The translations under genes and the position numbers were made by a program. Shown piece after piece: positions 17,546-27,377 of a DNA stretch of 27,377 nucleotides (positions within the stretch are counted from its first letter, which is position 1; each line of letters starts with the position of its first letter). Source of the DNA: Candidatus Thorarchaeota archaeon (GTDB taxonomy: Archaea > Asgardarchaeota > Thorarchaeia > Thorarchaeales > Thorarchaeaceae); contig JBHLRP010000045.1 of the NCBI GenBank assembly GCA_048882485.1, positions 1 to 27,377 of the forward strand. The letters are read 5' to 3'. The notes under the pieces are model-generated. The model saw only the letters and a program-made list of their open reading frames with translations. It ran no database searches and was not told where the DNA came from.

Positions 17546-18519
17546 GTGAAGAACCATCGACCGAAGACACCTATATCCGGAGATTTGGTTTCAGGCGATT
17601 TACGGGTGTGCGTCAGAATCGTCTGTATCGAATAATCTCCGTGGCATGGTTCAATCTCATTGAAACAATAAGACGCTCAGGATTCACCAAGATGCTTCTT
17701 GTATTCATGTTCTTCTCCATCCTGATTCAGGATGTTCTCATCATCGTCATTTCGTGGTTCCTTCCCTTCATTGGTGACCCTATGACAATCAATGATCTGT
17801 TTAGAGATGCATATGCTGACTCAGTTCTTGGCATGGTTTCACTTGTCAACCGAATCACCGTTCTCGATTTCGGATTCATGCCATTCAATATATCATCTGT
17901 TGGAATCAGCTTCATCTGGCTACTACTTATGGCTATTGTTGGTGGGGGTCTCATTGCAGATGATAGACTCCATCAAACAACTGAGGTGTACTTCTCAAGA
18001 ATATCAAGACTTGAGTATGTAATTGGGAAGCTCATGAGTCTAATTCTTTTCTCAACAATTGTGGTCGTGCTTCCATCCATCATTCAGTACTTCCTTCTCT
18101 CCTACGGTCTTGAAACAGACCTTCTCGTCAACATTGACTTGATGTTCTGGGGCATCGGATTTACACTTTTGGCCGCGTTTTTGCTCAGTCTAATAATTCT
18201 GGCGATGTCTAGCTTCACAAAACGACGAGCTGTTGCAACACTCACGTTCTTCATTGCTGCTATTGTCATGTCGAGCTTCTACAGCGCAATTGGTTTTGGT
18301 CAAAGCGAATCTCTGATTCTGTTGCTAGACTTTGTTGGCGCTATTGCGCTTCTAGGTGCCATGGCACTAGGATACGATTCGCTCGATATTAATGGCCGGG
18401 ATGTTTTCTTTAGCAATGGAATAGGAATAGAAGGGCCAATGGTTCTCGGTGTGGTTCTGCTGGTTCTTGTGCTTGGCATTATATCTCTAATGCTCACTTT
18501 GTTTCGGAGGGATAGCTAA
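17542..18519 (+). CDS. ABC-2-type transporter permease
   Basis: Multi-TM protein with GGGLIADD...YFSRISRLEYVIGK; ATGA overlap with the upstream ATPase. Confidence 0.85.
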   Translation: MSEEPSTEDTYIRRFGFRRFTGVRQNRLYRIISVAWFNLIETIRRSGFTKMLLVFMFFSILIQDVLIIVISWFLPFIGDPMTINDLFRDAYADSVLGMVSLVNRITVLDFGFMPFNISSVGISFIWLLLMAIVGGGLIADDRLHQTTEVYFSRISRLEYVIGKLMSLILFSTIVVVLPSIIQYFLLSYGLETDLLVNIDLMFWGIGFTLLAAFLLSLIILAMSSFTKRRAVATLTFFIAAIVMSSFYSAIGFGQSESLILLLDFVGAIALLGAMALGYDSLDINGRDVFFSNGIGIEGPMVLGVVLLVLVLGIISLMLTLFRRDS

Positions 18520-19463
18520 TGCTCATCATAGATATAGATGAAGCGTCCAAGCAATATGGCGAAGTCGTGGCTATCAGTCGATTCAACATGTCGGTCAAAA
18601 GTGGTTCAATCACAGGATTCGTTGGACCCAATGGTGCAGGAAAAACGACGACAATTCGCGTTATCACTGGACTAACAAAGCCGGACAGTGGTACAGTTAG
18701 TGTATACGGCGAGGATCCCTTCGAAAATGTTGGCATTAAGGAACGTATAGGGTACGTGTCTGAATATGATGATCTATATTCGTGGGCCACTGTACGAGAT
18801 TCAGTCAAGATGCTAGCAAATATCAGCACACCACGAAAACCCGGCATCAATGATGCTGTTGACAAGGCTATTTCAGATGTTGGGATGGCGAAGTTTGCAG
18901 ATAGGAAGGTTTCGGCTCTCTCTAAGGGAATGAAGCAGAGAACCAAGATTGCAGCCGCACTGACTCACGAACCTTCTCTGCTAGTATTGGATGAACCTCT
19001 TAGCGGACTTGATCCACTGGGTCGTAGGAGAATCATGAATCTCCTCAGACGACTCAATAGTGAGGAAGATGTCACGATTCTGATATCAAGTCATGTTCTT
19101 GAAGAGCTCGAGCATCTGGCAAACAGGATTACTCTCATCCACAGAGGTCAGACAGTTGCAGAAGGAAACCCTGATCGAATCAGGAAGCTCCTGTACCAAT
19201 ACCCCCACGAGATTCAGTTCAAGTCGCTGACGGAAGATATGAAGAGAATTGCCAGTGGGCTTGTGAAGATTGAGGGGTTGGTTAAGTCGCTTACATTCAT
19301 CGAGCAGACTGAAGATCTGCTTGAATGTAGAGTAGTAACACCTCAGCCTGAGCAGTTCTATGACGAGCTCGTTCGATTGGCTGTCGAGCAAAAGGCACCT
19401 ATTATCCAATTGGACAGTCTATCTGAGAGTGTGGAAAGCCTGTTTGAATTCCTGGTATCATGA
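18519..19463 (+). CDS. ABC-2-type transporter ATP-binding protein
   Basis: GPNGAGKT, LSKGM, VLDEPL, SSH. Confidence 0.93.
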   Translation: MLIIDIDEASKQYGEVVAISRFNMSVKSGSITGFVGPNGAGKTTTIRVITGLTKPDSGTVSVYGEDPFENVGIKERIGYVSEYDDLYSWATVRDSVKMLANISTPRKPGINDAVDKAISDVGMAKFADRKVSALSKGMKQRTKIAAALTHEPSLLVLDEPLSGLDPLGRRRIMNLLRRLNSEEDVTILISSHVLEELEHLANRITLIHRGQTVAEGNPDRIRKLLYQYPHEIQFKSLTEDMKRIASGLVKIEGLVKSLTFIEQTEDLLECRVVTPQPEQFYDELVRLAVEQKAPIIQLDSLSESVESLFEFLVS

Positions 19464-19473
19464 GGTGATAGAG

Positions 19474-20262
19474 ATGTCAACAGAATCAACACAAACTATA
19501 GCTCGGAAAGATAATGAACTCTCTGCACCTCTGAAGACGATAATCCGGGGCGTATACCTTGTAAGACTGTTCCTGACATCTTTCGTAAAGAGCAGAAAGA
19601 GTCAGGTCTTGACAATTCTGGGTTTATTGCCAGTTGTGGTAATGATTGCATGGGATGTGCCTTCCCCTGCTCGATTCTTCTTCCGTGACTTTGTGCAGAC
19701 GCTGTATATCTCTCTGCTCATTCCATTATCTGGACTGCTTCTTGGAACTGCAGCATTGTCTGATGAGATTGAGTCTCATACAATCGTACAGCTTGTAACT
19801 AGACCCATTAGACGGATTGAGTTACTCATTTGGCGCTACATTGCCACGGTCATAGCAGGCATAATAATCTCCATAATAGTCACCTCTGGATTCTATCTCT
19901 CGGTAGTAGTTTCAGAAGAGATTCCACTGGAGATGTTGACGGGTTTCTGGTCTGTATGCGCCGTCTGCAATGCTGTCTATTGTGCGATATTCATGCTATT
20001 AGGCATCGCTCTAAAGAGGCCTCTTGTCTGGGGAGTAGTAATTACACTCTACGAACAACTTCTCGGCGTGGTGGCAATTTTCTTTGAAGGTGCGGTGTTC
20101 TCTCTTTCGGGCCACATACTGAACTTTGGTCAGCTTTTCGTGGACTATAGCTACAGCATACCAAATTGGCCGCCACTTAATTCTGGCTCGATTCTTCTTG
20201 TGATAGTGCTCGTTTGCATTGCGCTATCTGCAATTTTATTCAGGCAAAAAGATCTCGCATAA
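19474..20262 (+). CDS. ABC-2-type transporter permease
   Basis: LSDEIESHTIVQLVTRPIRR motif, about 6 TM. ATG 19474 is preceded by the SD GAGGTGA. Confidence 0.87.
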   Translation: MSTESTQTIARKDNELSAPLKTIIRGVYLVRLFLTSFVKSRKSQVLTILGLLPVVVMIAWDVPSPARFFFRDFVQTLYISLLIPLSGLLLGTAALSDEIESHTIVQLVTRPIRRIELLIWRYIATVIAGIIISIIVTSGFYLSVVVSEEIPLEMLTGFWSVCAVCNAVYCAIFMLLGIALKRPLVWGVVITLYEQLLGVVAIFFEGAVFSLSGHILNFGQLFVDYSYSIPNWPPLNSGSILLVIVLVCIALSAILFRQKDLA

Positions 20263-20400
20263 TCTTGTCGATGTTTAATATTCAATCACTCGGCAGTCCA
20301 ACTAGTGCTATTTTTATATCTAGTAATGCGACAAGTGGATGACCATGTGCTTGGCATTGCATGCGCGGATGGACGCCAAGCATTGAGGGAGGTCCTCAGG

Positions 20401-21444
20401 ATGTCACCAAGAAAGAAGGCAGATGAAGAAGAAACCGTAGATTATGAGGATTTCGAGGAAGGCGAAATCGATGAGGAATTTGTCGAGCTCGGCACTGAGG
20501 GAGAATCAGGATTAGATGTTACTGATCTCCCAGGAGTCGGGCCAGCAATCGCAAAGCGCTTGTCTGAAGCTGGATACAGAAGTGTTGAGGCGATTGCAGT
20601 GGCATCTCCATCTGAGCTTGCAGCAGCGGGATCAATCGGCGAAACCACATCGACCAAGATCATAAAGGCAGCACGTGAAATGCTTGATATTGGCTTTGAA
20701 ACAGCAGACCTTCTTCTTGAAAGGCGAAAGACAGCGGGACGAATAAGCACTGGCTCTGCTGCACTTGACGAACTCTTTGGCGGAGGACTTGAAACCCAGA
20801 GCATCACGGAGATGTACGGTTCATTCAGATCCGGGAAGACACAGATGGCACATCAGCTGTGCGTTATGGTACAGAGGCCAGAAGGTGATGGTGGATTGGA
20901 TGCTACAGCCATCTATGTGGACACAGAGGGCACCTTCAGACCTGAGCGTCTTGTAGACATGGCTGAAGCTTATGGCATGGATAAGAAGAAGGTTTTGAAG
21001 AATGTTGTTTGGGCACGCGCCTACAACTCTGACCATCAGATCCTTCTATGCGATCAAGCAATGGAGATGGCTCCTGAAAAGAATGCTAAGCTATTGGTTG
21101 TTGATTCAGTTACGAGTCACTTCAGAGCCGAGTACACTGGAAGAGGTACACTTGCCGCCAGACAACAGAAGCTAAACAAACATCTGCACCATCTTCAACG
21201 AGGAGCTGAAATCAACAACATGGCAGTCTACATCACTAATCAAGTGATGTCACGACCTGATGCTTTCTTCGGAGATCCAACTGCTCCTGTTGGAGGCCAT
21301 GTGCTTGCTCATGTTCCCCAGACACGTTGCTATCTAAGGAAGTCCAAGGGTGAACGGAGAATCTGCAGACTCGTGGACTCGCCCAATCTTCCAGAGGGGG
21401 AGGCGGTATTTACAGTCACAAAAGATGGAATACGTGACGTATGA
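20401..21444 (+). CDS. radA: DNA repair and recombination protein RadA
   Basis: HhH N-terminal domain (DLPGVG), GFETA polymerisation motif, Walker [53 protein letters not shown] lies before ATG 20401. Confidence 0.97.
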   Translation: MSPRKKADEEETVDYEDFEEGEIDEEFVELGTEGESGLDVTDLPGVGPAIAKRLSEAGYRSVEAIAVASPSELAAAGSIGETTSTKIIKAAREMLDIGFETADLLLERRKTAGRISTGSAALDELFGGGLETQSITEMYGSFRSGKTQMAHQLCVMVQRPEGDGGLDATAIYVDTEGTFRPERLVDMAEAYGMDKKKVLKNVVWARAYNSDHQILLCDQAMEMAPEKNAKLLVVDSVTSHFRAEYTGRGTLAARQQKLNKHLHHLQRGAEINNMAVYITNQVMSRPDAFFGDPTAPVGGHVLAHVPQTRCYLRKSKGERRICRLVDSPNLPEGEAVFTVTKDGIRDV

Positions 21445-21469
21445 TTATTCTGCATGAAGTTCTCGTTGG

Positions 21470-21485
21470 GGTGGAGTCCTCCACC
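21470..21485. terminator. Short hairpin between the convergent radA and GGR genes
   Basis: GGTGGA-gtcc-TCCACC in the 41-bp gap between convergent stop codons. Confidence 0.35.
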
Positions 21486-22832
21486 TCACCCGAAGTCAGC
21501 GGCCTTTACTATTGCAAGGACTGAATCATTCCAACTCTCAAGCCCTGAGGGGCTTGAAGGATAGGCGTCGTAGACCTTTGAAATCTTTTTCATGAGACCT
21601 GAGGCTTTCTGAAGGTCTCTCAGAAGACTAATTCGACTCACTCCTCTTTTGAATCTGCGAATCTTGTCAACAGCACCCAACGAGAGCCCGTTTCCTCTGT
21701 TTGCTGCCATCAAGTCTCTTGCTTCAAGGATTCTCTTTTCAAACCCAAAATCCATGTCCTCATCAGCAACTGCTTGAAGTAGTCTCCGGAATATCTCCAG
21801 TGATGCAAGCCGCTTGCCGAAATTGGCCAAATAACTGACATTGTAGTGCCAGAGACCCTTTGCGCCTAGGTTGTTTCTTGCAATAGCACGTTTTGCAACT
21901 TCTCCGAGGATGATTCCAGCACGCATTCCCGCACCTATCCCTCCTCCATGGATTGGATTAACCTGAGCTGCTGCATCTCCTACAAATGCCACTCCATCTG
22001 CTACTAGACTCTTCAACGGTCTCCTTACAGGTACAGCTCCTCCTGCTGCTTCAATGACTCGACTCTTCACAAGCAAGGAGTACTCATTTTTGAATTTCAG
22101 AAAATGAGATTTTGGTGATCCTCGACCTGAGCCTCCAGCAATTCCTGTTCCTGCATTGACCTCTTGCATTCCCTTGGGGAAAATCCACGCGTAGCCACCT
22201 GGTGCCACCTTGCCGCCCAATAGCACCCGGGCGACCTCTGGCTCTGCAAGCGGCATCTTGAGCTTCAGTATCTCTCTATAGCAAAGGGCTACATCTTCCT
22301 TGTCAATCGTCTTTTCGACAAGTGGATGGTCAAGTTTATTCCTTATAGTGCCAGCAAAACCGCTAGCATCAATCACAAGCTTAGCATAGACCCTTTTCTC
22401 TTCACCCTTGCTCTTATAATCTACGCCAGTAACCTTGTCATTGGAGATTATCGGACTGCCAACGCGACTCTCCGCTTGAAAAGCCACACCCGCATCAATG
22501 GCTTCTTGGAGGAGTCGCTGACCGAAGTTCAGTCTATTGACGGTCCACCCATCAAACTCGGTCCAACCTCTGACCTTGAGTTCATTATTCATGCTCGGCG
22601 GATATACATCTGCTCCCGAAATGGAGCTTGATATCTCATCATCACGGGGAAACTCAATTCCTGTATCCTCGAAATGTGATTTACTAATCTCATCGCCGCA
22701 GACTTTCTGACCCACCTCTGAATGTGGCTTCTTGTCCAGGAGAAGAGTCTTCAGTCCCATCTCTGCGCATCTTCTCGCGGCAACACATCCTGCTGAACCA
22801 GCACCAACCACAACAACATCGGGTCTTCTCAA
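21486..22832 (-). CDS. Geranylgeranyl reductase family (digeranylgeranylglycerophospholipid reductase-like)
   Basis: DVVVVGAGSAG, KVCGD, IDASG, PGGYAWIFPKG, VGDAA, NPIHGGGI. TTG 22832 chosen because a minus-strand TATA (CTTTATATTC, 22861-22870) lies about 30 nt upstream; the ORF is open to 22892. Confidence 0.9.
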   Translation of the reverse strand: MRRPDVVVVGAGSAGCVAARRCAEMGLKTLLLDKKPHSEVGQKVCGDEISKSHFEDTGIEFPRDDEISSSISGADVYPPSMNNELKVRGWTEFDGWTVNRLNFGQRLLQEAIDAGVAFQAESRVGSPIISNDKVTGVDYKSKGEEKRVYAKLVIDASGFAGTIRNKLDHPLVEKTIDKEDVALCYREILKLKMPLAEPEVARVLLGGKVAPGGYAWIFPKGMQEVNAGTGIAGGSGRGSPKSHFLKFKNEYSLLVKSRVIEAAGGAVPVRRPLKSLVADGVAFVGDAAAQVNPIHGGGIGAGMRAGIILGEVAKRAIARNNLGAKGLWHYNVSYLANFGKRLASLEIFRRLLQAVADEDMDFGFEKRILEARDLMAANRGNGLSLGAVDKIRRFKRGVSRISLLRDLQKASGLMKKISKVYDAYPSSPSGLESWNDSVLAIVKAADFG

Positions 22833-22900
22833 AGTCTTTCGAAATCTGAGGACCGCATGTGAATATAAAGACGCCGTCGTATTGGGAGTCATTTTGGGGG

Positions 22901-23437
22901 TTATACATGCTTGAACTCGATTGTTACAATGGATACTATCACAATACCCACAATTAGAACAAGCAATGGCGGCATCCAGTTGATGAACTCAATGAAGTAG
23001 CCTATAAGAACAGGTAAGGTCAATGGACTCTGAGCTAGTATTGCGAGGACAAAGAGTAGTCCTGATGCAGCAAAGATAGGATAGAAGACTGGACCGCCAC
23101 TAATGACAAGTAGAAGCGTGATAACTCCCAATCTGCTCTTCACCGGGTCCAGTAGAGGCAGTGGAATTGCTTCGTCATCATCAAACAAAAAATAGTAGCT
23201 GATGAGTAATGTCGGCATTTTGATTCTAACGAGTTCCAGGACCTGTATTCCAAGCTGCACCGACAATAAGATGGTTGTATGAATCACCATGTATCCTAGC
23301 ACAAGTGCTGTGAATGGCAGTAACTCGATGGCAAGAATCTGGTAGCTTTCCACCAATCCAACAAAGACAAGGAAATTAATGACGAGCAGAACGATATGAC
23401 CGATAGCACCTGTCAAAACCTTTCTGCTTGTCACCAT
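22901..23437 (-). CDS. Uncharacterised membrane protein (about 4-5 TM)
   Basis: Hydrophobic segments flank an acidic loop FDDDEAIPLPLLDP. The gene starts 25 bp downstream of the GTPase gene. Confidence 0.75.
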   Translation of the reverse strand: MVTSRKVLTGAIGHIVLLVINFLVFVGLVESYQILAIELLPFTALVLGYMVIHTTILLSVQLGIQVLELVRIKMPTLLISYYFLFDDDEAIPLPLLDPVKSRLGVITLLLVISGGPVFYPIFAASGLLFVLAILAQSPLTLPVLIGYFIEFINWMPPLLVLIVGIVIVSIVTIEFKHV

Positions 23438-23462
23438 TCCTGCTCAGTCCAAGTGAATCGAA

Positions 23463-24053
23463 CTAGACTCCCAGTTTAAATGGTTTGCTTGGCCCATCGG
23501 ATGCAATGGGTCCTATTTGACGTTGCTTTTCGATAGCGCGCGTGACAAGCTCTGTGAATAGCTCATTGATGTTCTCACCAGTCTTGGCACTTGTTTCATA
23601 GTGTAGAACATCAAGCCACTGCTGAATCATCTGGCCCGCAGCTGGAGGTACTAGTCTATCCTGTCTGTCAATCTTGTTGGCTACTACAGAAACAACCGCA
23701 TTGGGACAGACCGTTATGAACTTGGTGAACCACTCACCCACATCAAGGAATGTCTGTGGCCTCGTGACATCATAGACAATTATTGCCATGGTTGCACCGG
23801 CCATATACCTGCGTCTGAGTTCGTTATATGTTGGCTGGCCTGCAAGATCCCACAAGACCACTCTGGCAGTGACTCTGTTGCCATCTGGCATCGTCACTTC
23901 CACCGTCTTGAGGGCAAAAGTAGTGCCAATGGTAGCGATATATCTCTCACTGAAGGAGCCCTCGGTGTACTGTTTGATGCAGGAGGTCTTTCCAACCGCA
24001 CCGTCGCCAAGAGCAACTAGCTTAAACATATGAGAGATTTGCTCGGTGGACAC
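23463..24053 (-). CDS. Rab/Ras-superfamily small GTPase
   Basis: G1 GDGAVGKT, G2 YIATIG, G3 WDLAGQ, G4 NKID, G5 ETSAK. No C-terminal Cys prenylation motif. Confidence 0.93.
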   Translation of the reverse strand: MSTEQISHMFKLVALGDGAVGKTSCIKQYTEGSFSERYIATIGTTFALKTVEVTMPDGNRVTARVVLWDLAGQPTYNELRRRYMAGATMAIIVYDVTRPQTFLDVGEWFTKFITVCPNAVVSVVANKIDRQDRLVPPAAGQMIQQWLDVLHYETSAKTGENINELFTELVTRAIEKQRQIGPIASDGPSKPFKLGV

Positions 24054-24230
24054 GGTTCTTCCGTCCTGAAATACACTACCCAGTCAATCTGACTCGGAAT
24101 GGTATTTAATAGTTCTCGGAATGTCCTCGTAGTGTCAGAGCCAATCATTGAGGAGAGGTAAACATCCGACAAACCCTTTTCTAGAGCCCAAACATGTAGC
24201 AACCAACAATACAAGCAGGGAGTATGCAAA

Positions 24231-24947
24231 TTGGCTGAGCAGTTCCTAAGTCGCCTCCAAGATATTGAGAAGGCCATTGCGGGCCTGGATGAAACATTGA
24301 AGCGTATGGTGACGATTCTAGCCAATATGGATGAGATTCGTTCTGATATCAGACTTACCAAGGAAGAACTCCTAGATGCCATCAAAGCAATGCCTGCTCC
24401 AAGTTCAGACTCTGGAGGCGACTTGGACCATGTTGCTGATCTTGTCAAAGGTCAATTTGACCAGATTGCTACTTTCATCGGCGAAGCGGTTGAAGCCATG
24501 AAAGATGATATAGTGGATGCAATGAAGCGGATCCAGGCAGCTGCACCACCCGCCGTTGTCGCTACACCCGCCCCGGCTCCAACTGCTGCTCCCGCTCCAG
24601 CTGCTCCTGCACCAGCTCCTGAACCTGAGATTGTCGTAACTCAACCTGCACCAACTCCAACTACCGTGACAGTTCCAGCTGATAAAGCCATGATGATAGC
24701 TGATGAGTTAGACCACATTGTTGCTAGTCTGAAGATGGGCTGCAAAGCAGGAGATGTTATTGACCAGATAGATGAGTCAAAGGCCAATATCCTGAAATTT
24801 GTTGAGAGCGACCCGGTCATGATAAAAATTGACCAGTGGAAGGGAATAGTTGCCGCTTATCCAAAGAGGAAGGAGCTTCAGGCACGGGACATTTTGAAGA
24901 TTAAGAAGGGCATTCGTGCTGAAATTCCAAAGTACCGTCCTGCGTAG
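24231..24947 (+). CDS. Hypothetical protein: coiled coil, Pro/Ala linker, helical C-terminal domain
   Basis: Heptad-like N-terminus and a PAPAP linker. GGGAG SD lies upstream of the TTG start. Confidence 0.75.
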   Translation: MAEQFLSRLQDIEKAIAGLDETLKRMVTILANMDEIRSDIRLTKEELLDAIKAMPAPSSDSGGDLDHVADLVKGQFDQIATFIGEAVEAMKDDIVDAMKRIQAAAPPAVVATPAPAPTAAPAPAAPAPAPEPEIVVTQPAPTPTTVTVPADKAMMIADELDHIVASLKMGCKAGDVIDQIDESKANILKFVESDPVMIKIDQWKGIVAAYPKRKELQARDILKIKKGIRAEIPKYRPA

Positions 24948-25022
24948 GCAAGCCTCCCTCCCCTCGAAACCGAATCGTGAAGTTTAAAGCATGAGACACG
25001 ACCTCTCATTTGAGGTTGGAGG

Positions 25023-25442
25023 TTGATTCGCAGAAGAAAGAAGCCGCAGGAGGTTCCTCCTCCAAATCCCTTCAAAGCGCTGCTTGAGTTTACTGAGGCA
25101 GATGAGCGGTATGTCAATATGATGCTCAGGAAGACTGCGATGCGAACTTTGACGAAGCATAGAAAGAACCCGCAACTTTCAGGGCCTCCAGCAGTAAAAC
25201 CGGAAGTACATATTGATCCCGAGATTGACAGGATGCTTCATGCAATCGAAACAAAAATGGGCCTCCATAGAACGCCCGTTGTTCCAATCAGAAATTGCAG
25301 GAAATGCTACTTCTCCTCGGCATTCAGAATGATTGGCAATGATTGGTATTCACTCTGCACAAACATCGCCAGAGCACCTAGCCTGCAACGCGGAAAGTGG
25401 GTCCATTGTGAGAGCAATCTGTCATGTTGGAGAGCGCCCTGA
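25023..25442 (+). CDS. Hypothetical basic protein with a Cys-rich C-terminus
   Basis: SD GGAGG before the TTG; CRKC...C...C...C cluster near the C-terminus. Confidence 0.55.
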   Translation: MIRRRKKPQEVPPPNPFKALLEFTEADERYVNMMLRKTAMRTLTKHRKNPQLSGPPAVKPEVHIDPEIDRMLHAIETKMGLHRTPVVPIRNCRKCYFSSAFRMIGNDWYSLCTNIARAPSLQRGKWVHCESNLSCWRAP

Positions 25443-25467
25443 TCGAAGCGATTGTCTGGGCTGCATT

Positions 25468-25638
25468 CTATTCCTTTAGGAACCTCTTGATAATTCCCTC
25501 TACAAGTTTCAAATGTTCATCATCCAGAATCGATATCTTTGAGCGTATCCAGTCTATTCGCAATTTCTTATCAACTAGAACTTGTCTTCCCTTGTGCGCT
25601 ACAGCTTTTCCTGAGGGTCTAGGTGATGTTTTGGCCAT
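25468..25638 (-). CDS. Small hypothetical protein (56 aa)
   Basis: MAKTSPRPSG...LRIDWIRSKISILDDEHLKLVEGIIKRFLKE with amphipathic helices; it fills an otherwise empty gap. Confidence 0.45.
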   Translation of the reverse strand: MAKTSPRPSGKAVAHKGRQVLVDKKLRIDWIRSKISILDDEHLKLVEGIIKRFLKE

Positions 25639-25752
25639 ACAGGTTGCTATGACAATTGGAAAATAAGTAAATTCCACATGGATAAGTAACGGACCACTTT
25701 GCTAAAGAGGGTTAAAAGCTAGGATAATCTTGTCCAATTCTAGTTTGAAAAC

Positions 25753-27377
25753 ATGGAGAGCTTGCTTGGTTTGGTTGATATTCAACTTATGCTAGTTGAC
25801 GCCAAGGGAAACCAGAAACTTAGCCGAGTTAATAGTGAGCATATTAGCCTGTCTTGGCGAAACATACAAGAAATTGATCTATCTCCACTCACAGGGAATA
25901 ATGCCCTCAAAGAGATTCATCTTGGAGAGAATCAGATAGGTACAATTGACCTATCTCCTCTATCAGACTGTCCGAACCTTCGAGTTCTTGACCTATTTGG
26001 AAACAAGCTGCAAACTATAGATCTTGGTCCGCTTGCTTCGTGCAGGAACCTTGAGGTTCTAAGACTCAGTTGGAACCAATTGAACCGAGTAGATTTAATG
26101 CAGATCAAATCATGTAGGAGTCTTCAAGTCCTAGACCTTTACAATAACAAATTCAAGAGTGTTGATCTATCTCCTCTTGGCTCACTGAATAGACTTAGAG
26201 AACTCCGCCTGAATGAAAACCAGCTTTGCAGCATTGACTTGGGACCCATACGAGTCCTCGAGTCTTTGGAAGCATTGGATTTGAGCTGGAACCAGATACG
26301 CGAACTCAATACCTCCCCACTTAGGCATTGTTCAAATCTGCGATCATTGGATCTGCAGGGAAATCGGCTAGCTGGTATCGACCTTGGTCCATTAGGATCG
26401 TGTCAGAAGCTCGAAAGACTTCGTCTCTATCGAAATCTTATCACCAAGATTGACTTGCGCCCTCTCTCTCATTGTGCTAGTCTCTTGGAACTACATCTAA
26501 GCTGGAATCAACTCGAAGCCATCGATTTGACTCCTATTGGAGCTTGTAGGAATTTAGAAGAGCTGCATTTGGACGAGAATAATCTGTCAGAAATAGATCT
26601 TAATCCTCTGGTCACATGCCACAGCTTGCAGGCACTTCATCTGAATGGAAATCGTTTGGAAAACGTGGATCTCACCTCCCTATCTTCTGGTACTTGTCTA
26701 CGAGAAATCGGCCTCAGTCATAATGCATTACAGAAGATAGACCTCTCACCTCTCAGCACATGTGCTGCTTTTGAGAAGCTCGATCTAAATAACAATCGGC
26801 TCGAGAGTATTGACCTCAAATCACTTGGAGGTCGAAGTGCACACGGGAAAATTGATCTCTACAATAATGATTTGAAGACAATTGATCTGAGTCCTTTGCT
26901 TTCGCTTGATTATTGGGCTGATGTCAACCTTGACTTGCTAGTCACAGTCACGGTGGATCCAATATTCTCTGGAGAGGATCTCAATCTCAAGCTCTCGCCT
27001 GACAGAGATTGGAATATTCAGTGGCATGACTACCAATCGAAAATTGAGGTGGAAGGATGGGATTCCCTAAAAACGACAGTGATTGAATATCTTGGCAGAC
27101 TGGAAGGTCGCCACAAATTGGCAGGTCAGAGGAGCTTTTTGGAGGCTCTAGGCATTCCTGAGTTCAACGGTTTCGATGGCGACTTGATTCCTATCATTGA
27201 GTCTATAGATTATATTGAGAGTTTCAGCCAACTCATTGATAATTTATACCAGATCATGGTTGAACGCCTACGCGAGCAAGTTGCATCCAAGGGAAACACT
27301 GTCCTGCTTGACGTCGAAAGGATGCGCAAAGGGATGGCGGCTGTATTAATCACTGACATTGCCAAGCGTCGCAGAGA
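25753..27377 (+). CDS. Leucine-rich repeat protein, 3'-truncated by the window edge
   Basis: Not in the ORF track because no stop falls inside the window. Manual translation from ATG 25753 gives about 15 tandem 24-aa repeats LxLxxNxLxxIDLxPLxxCxxLxx, then a non-repeat region. Confidence 0.92.
   Translation, partial: MESLLGLVDIQLMLVDAKGNQKLSRVNSEHISLSWRNIQEIDLSPLTGNNALKEIHLGENQIGTIDLSPLSDCPNLRVLDLFGNKLQTIDLGPLASCRNLEVLRLSWNQLNRVDLMQIKSCRSLQVLDLYNNKFKSVDLSPLGSLNRLRELRLNENQLCSIDLGPIRVLESLEALDLSWNQIRELNTSPLRHCSNLRSLDLQGNRLAGIDLGPLGSCQKLERLRLYRNLITKIDLRPLSHCASLLELHLSWNQLEAIDLTPIGACRNLEELHLDENNLSEIDLNPLVTCHSLQALHLNGNRLENVDLTSLSSGTCLREIGLSHNALQKIDLSPLSTCAAFEKLDLNNNRLESIDLKSLGGRSAHGKIDLYNNDLKTIDLSPLLSLDYWADVNLDLLVTVTVDPIFSGEDLNLKLSPDRDWNIQWHDYQSKIEVEGWDSLKTTVIEYLGRLEGRHKLAGQRSFLEALGIPEFNGFDGDLIPIIESIDYIESFSQLIDNLYQIMVERLREQVASKGNTVLLDVERMRKGMAAVLITDIAKRRR

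Noticed and set aside
21486-24053. GTPase, membrane protein and GGR as one obligatory operon
   Set aside because: GGR appears to have its own TATA box at 22861-22870, so co-transcription cannot be claimed.
24017-24448. 143-aa minus-strand ORF
   Set aside because: Antisense to the coiled-coil gene and spans the divergent promoter region; no motifs.
25840-26925. 72-bp periodicity read as a CRISPR array or DNA tandem repeat
   Set aside because: The repeats are conserved at the protein level and degenerate at the DNA level, so this is a coding LRR.

Overview
Gene-dense archaeal chromosomal segment, most likely from an Asgard archaeon (Thorarchaeota-like). This is inferred from gene content: Top6A/B, RadA, CofE and a geranylgeranyl reductase occur together with eukaryotic-signature-type proteins (a Rab/Ras-like GTPase, a roadblock/LC7 protein, an 'IDLSPL' LRR protein, and zinc-ribbon/TPR and PH-like proteins). 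About 25 CDSs are supported. I recognised no tRNA, rRNA, CRISPR array or transposase. Three things stand out. (1) A ~355-nt intergenic stretch (about 4941-5294) lies downstream of a TATA box and can be hand-folded into a closed, nested multi-helix structure with a possible pseudoknot; it lacks SRP and RNase P signatures and is a candidate novel large ncRNA. (2) Top6A/Spo11 carries a ~360-aa N-terminal extension with two RadA/Rad51-N-terminal-like HhH modules and Lys-rich tails. (3) A fossil 3' end of a paralogous MFS gene sits directly after the intact MFS gene. All calls come from motif reading by eye; no searches or folding programs were run.
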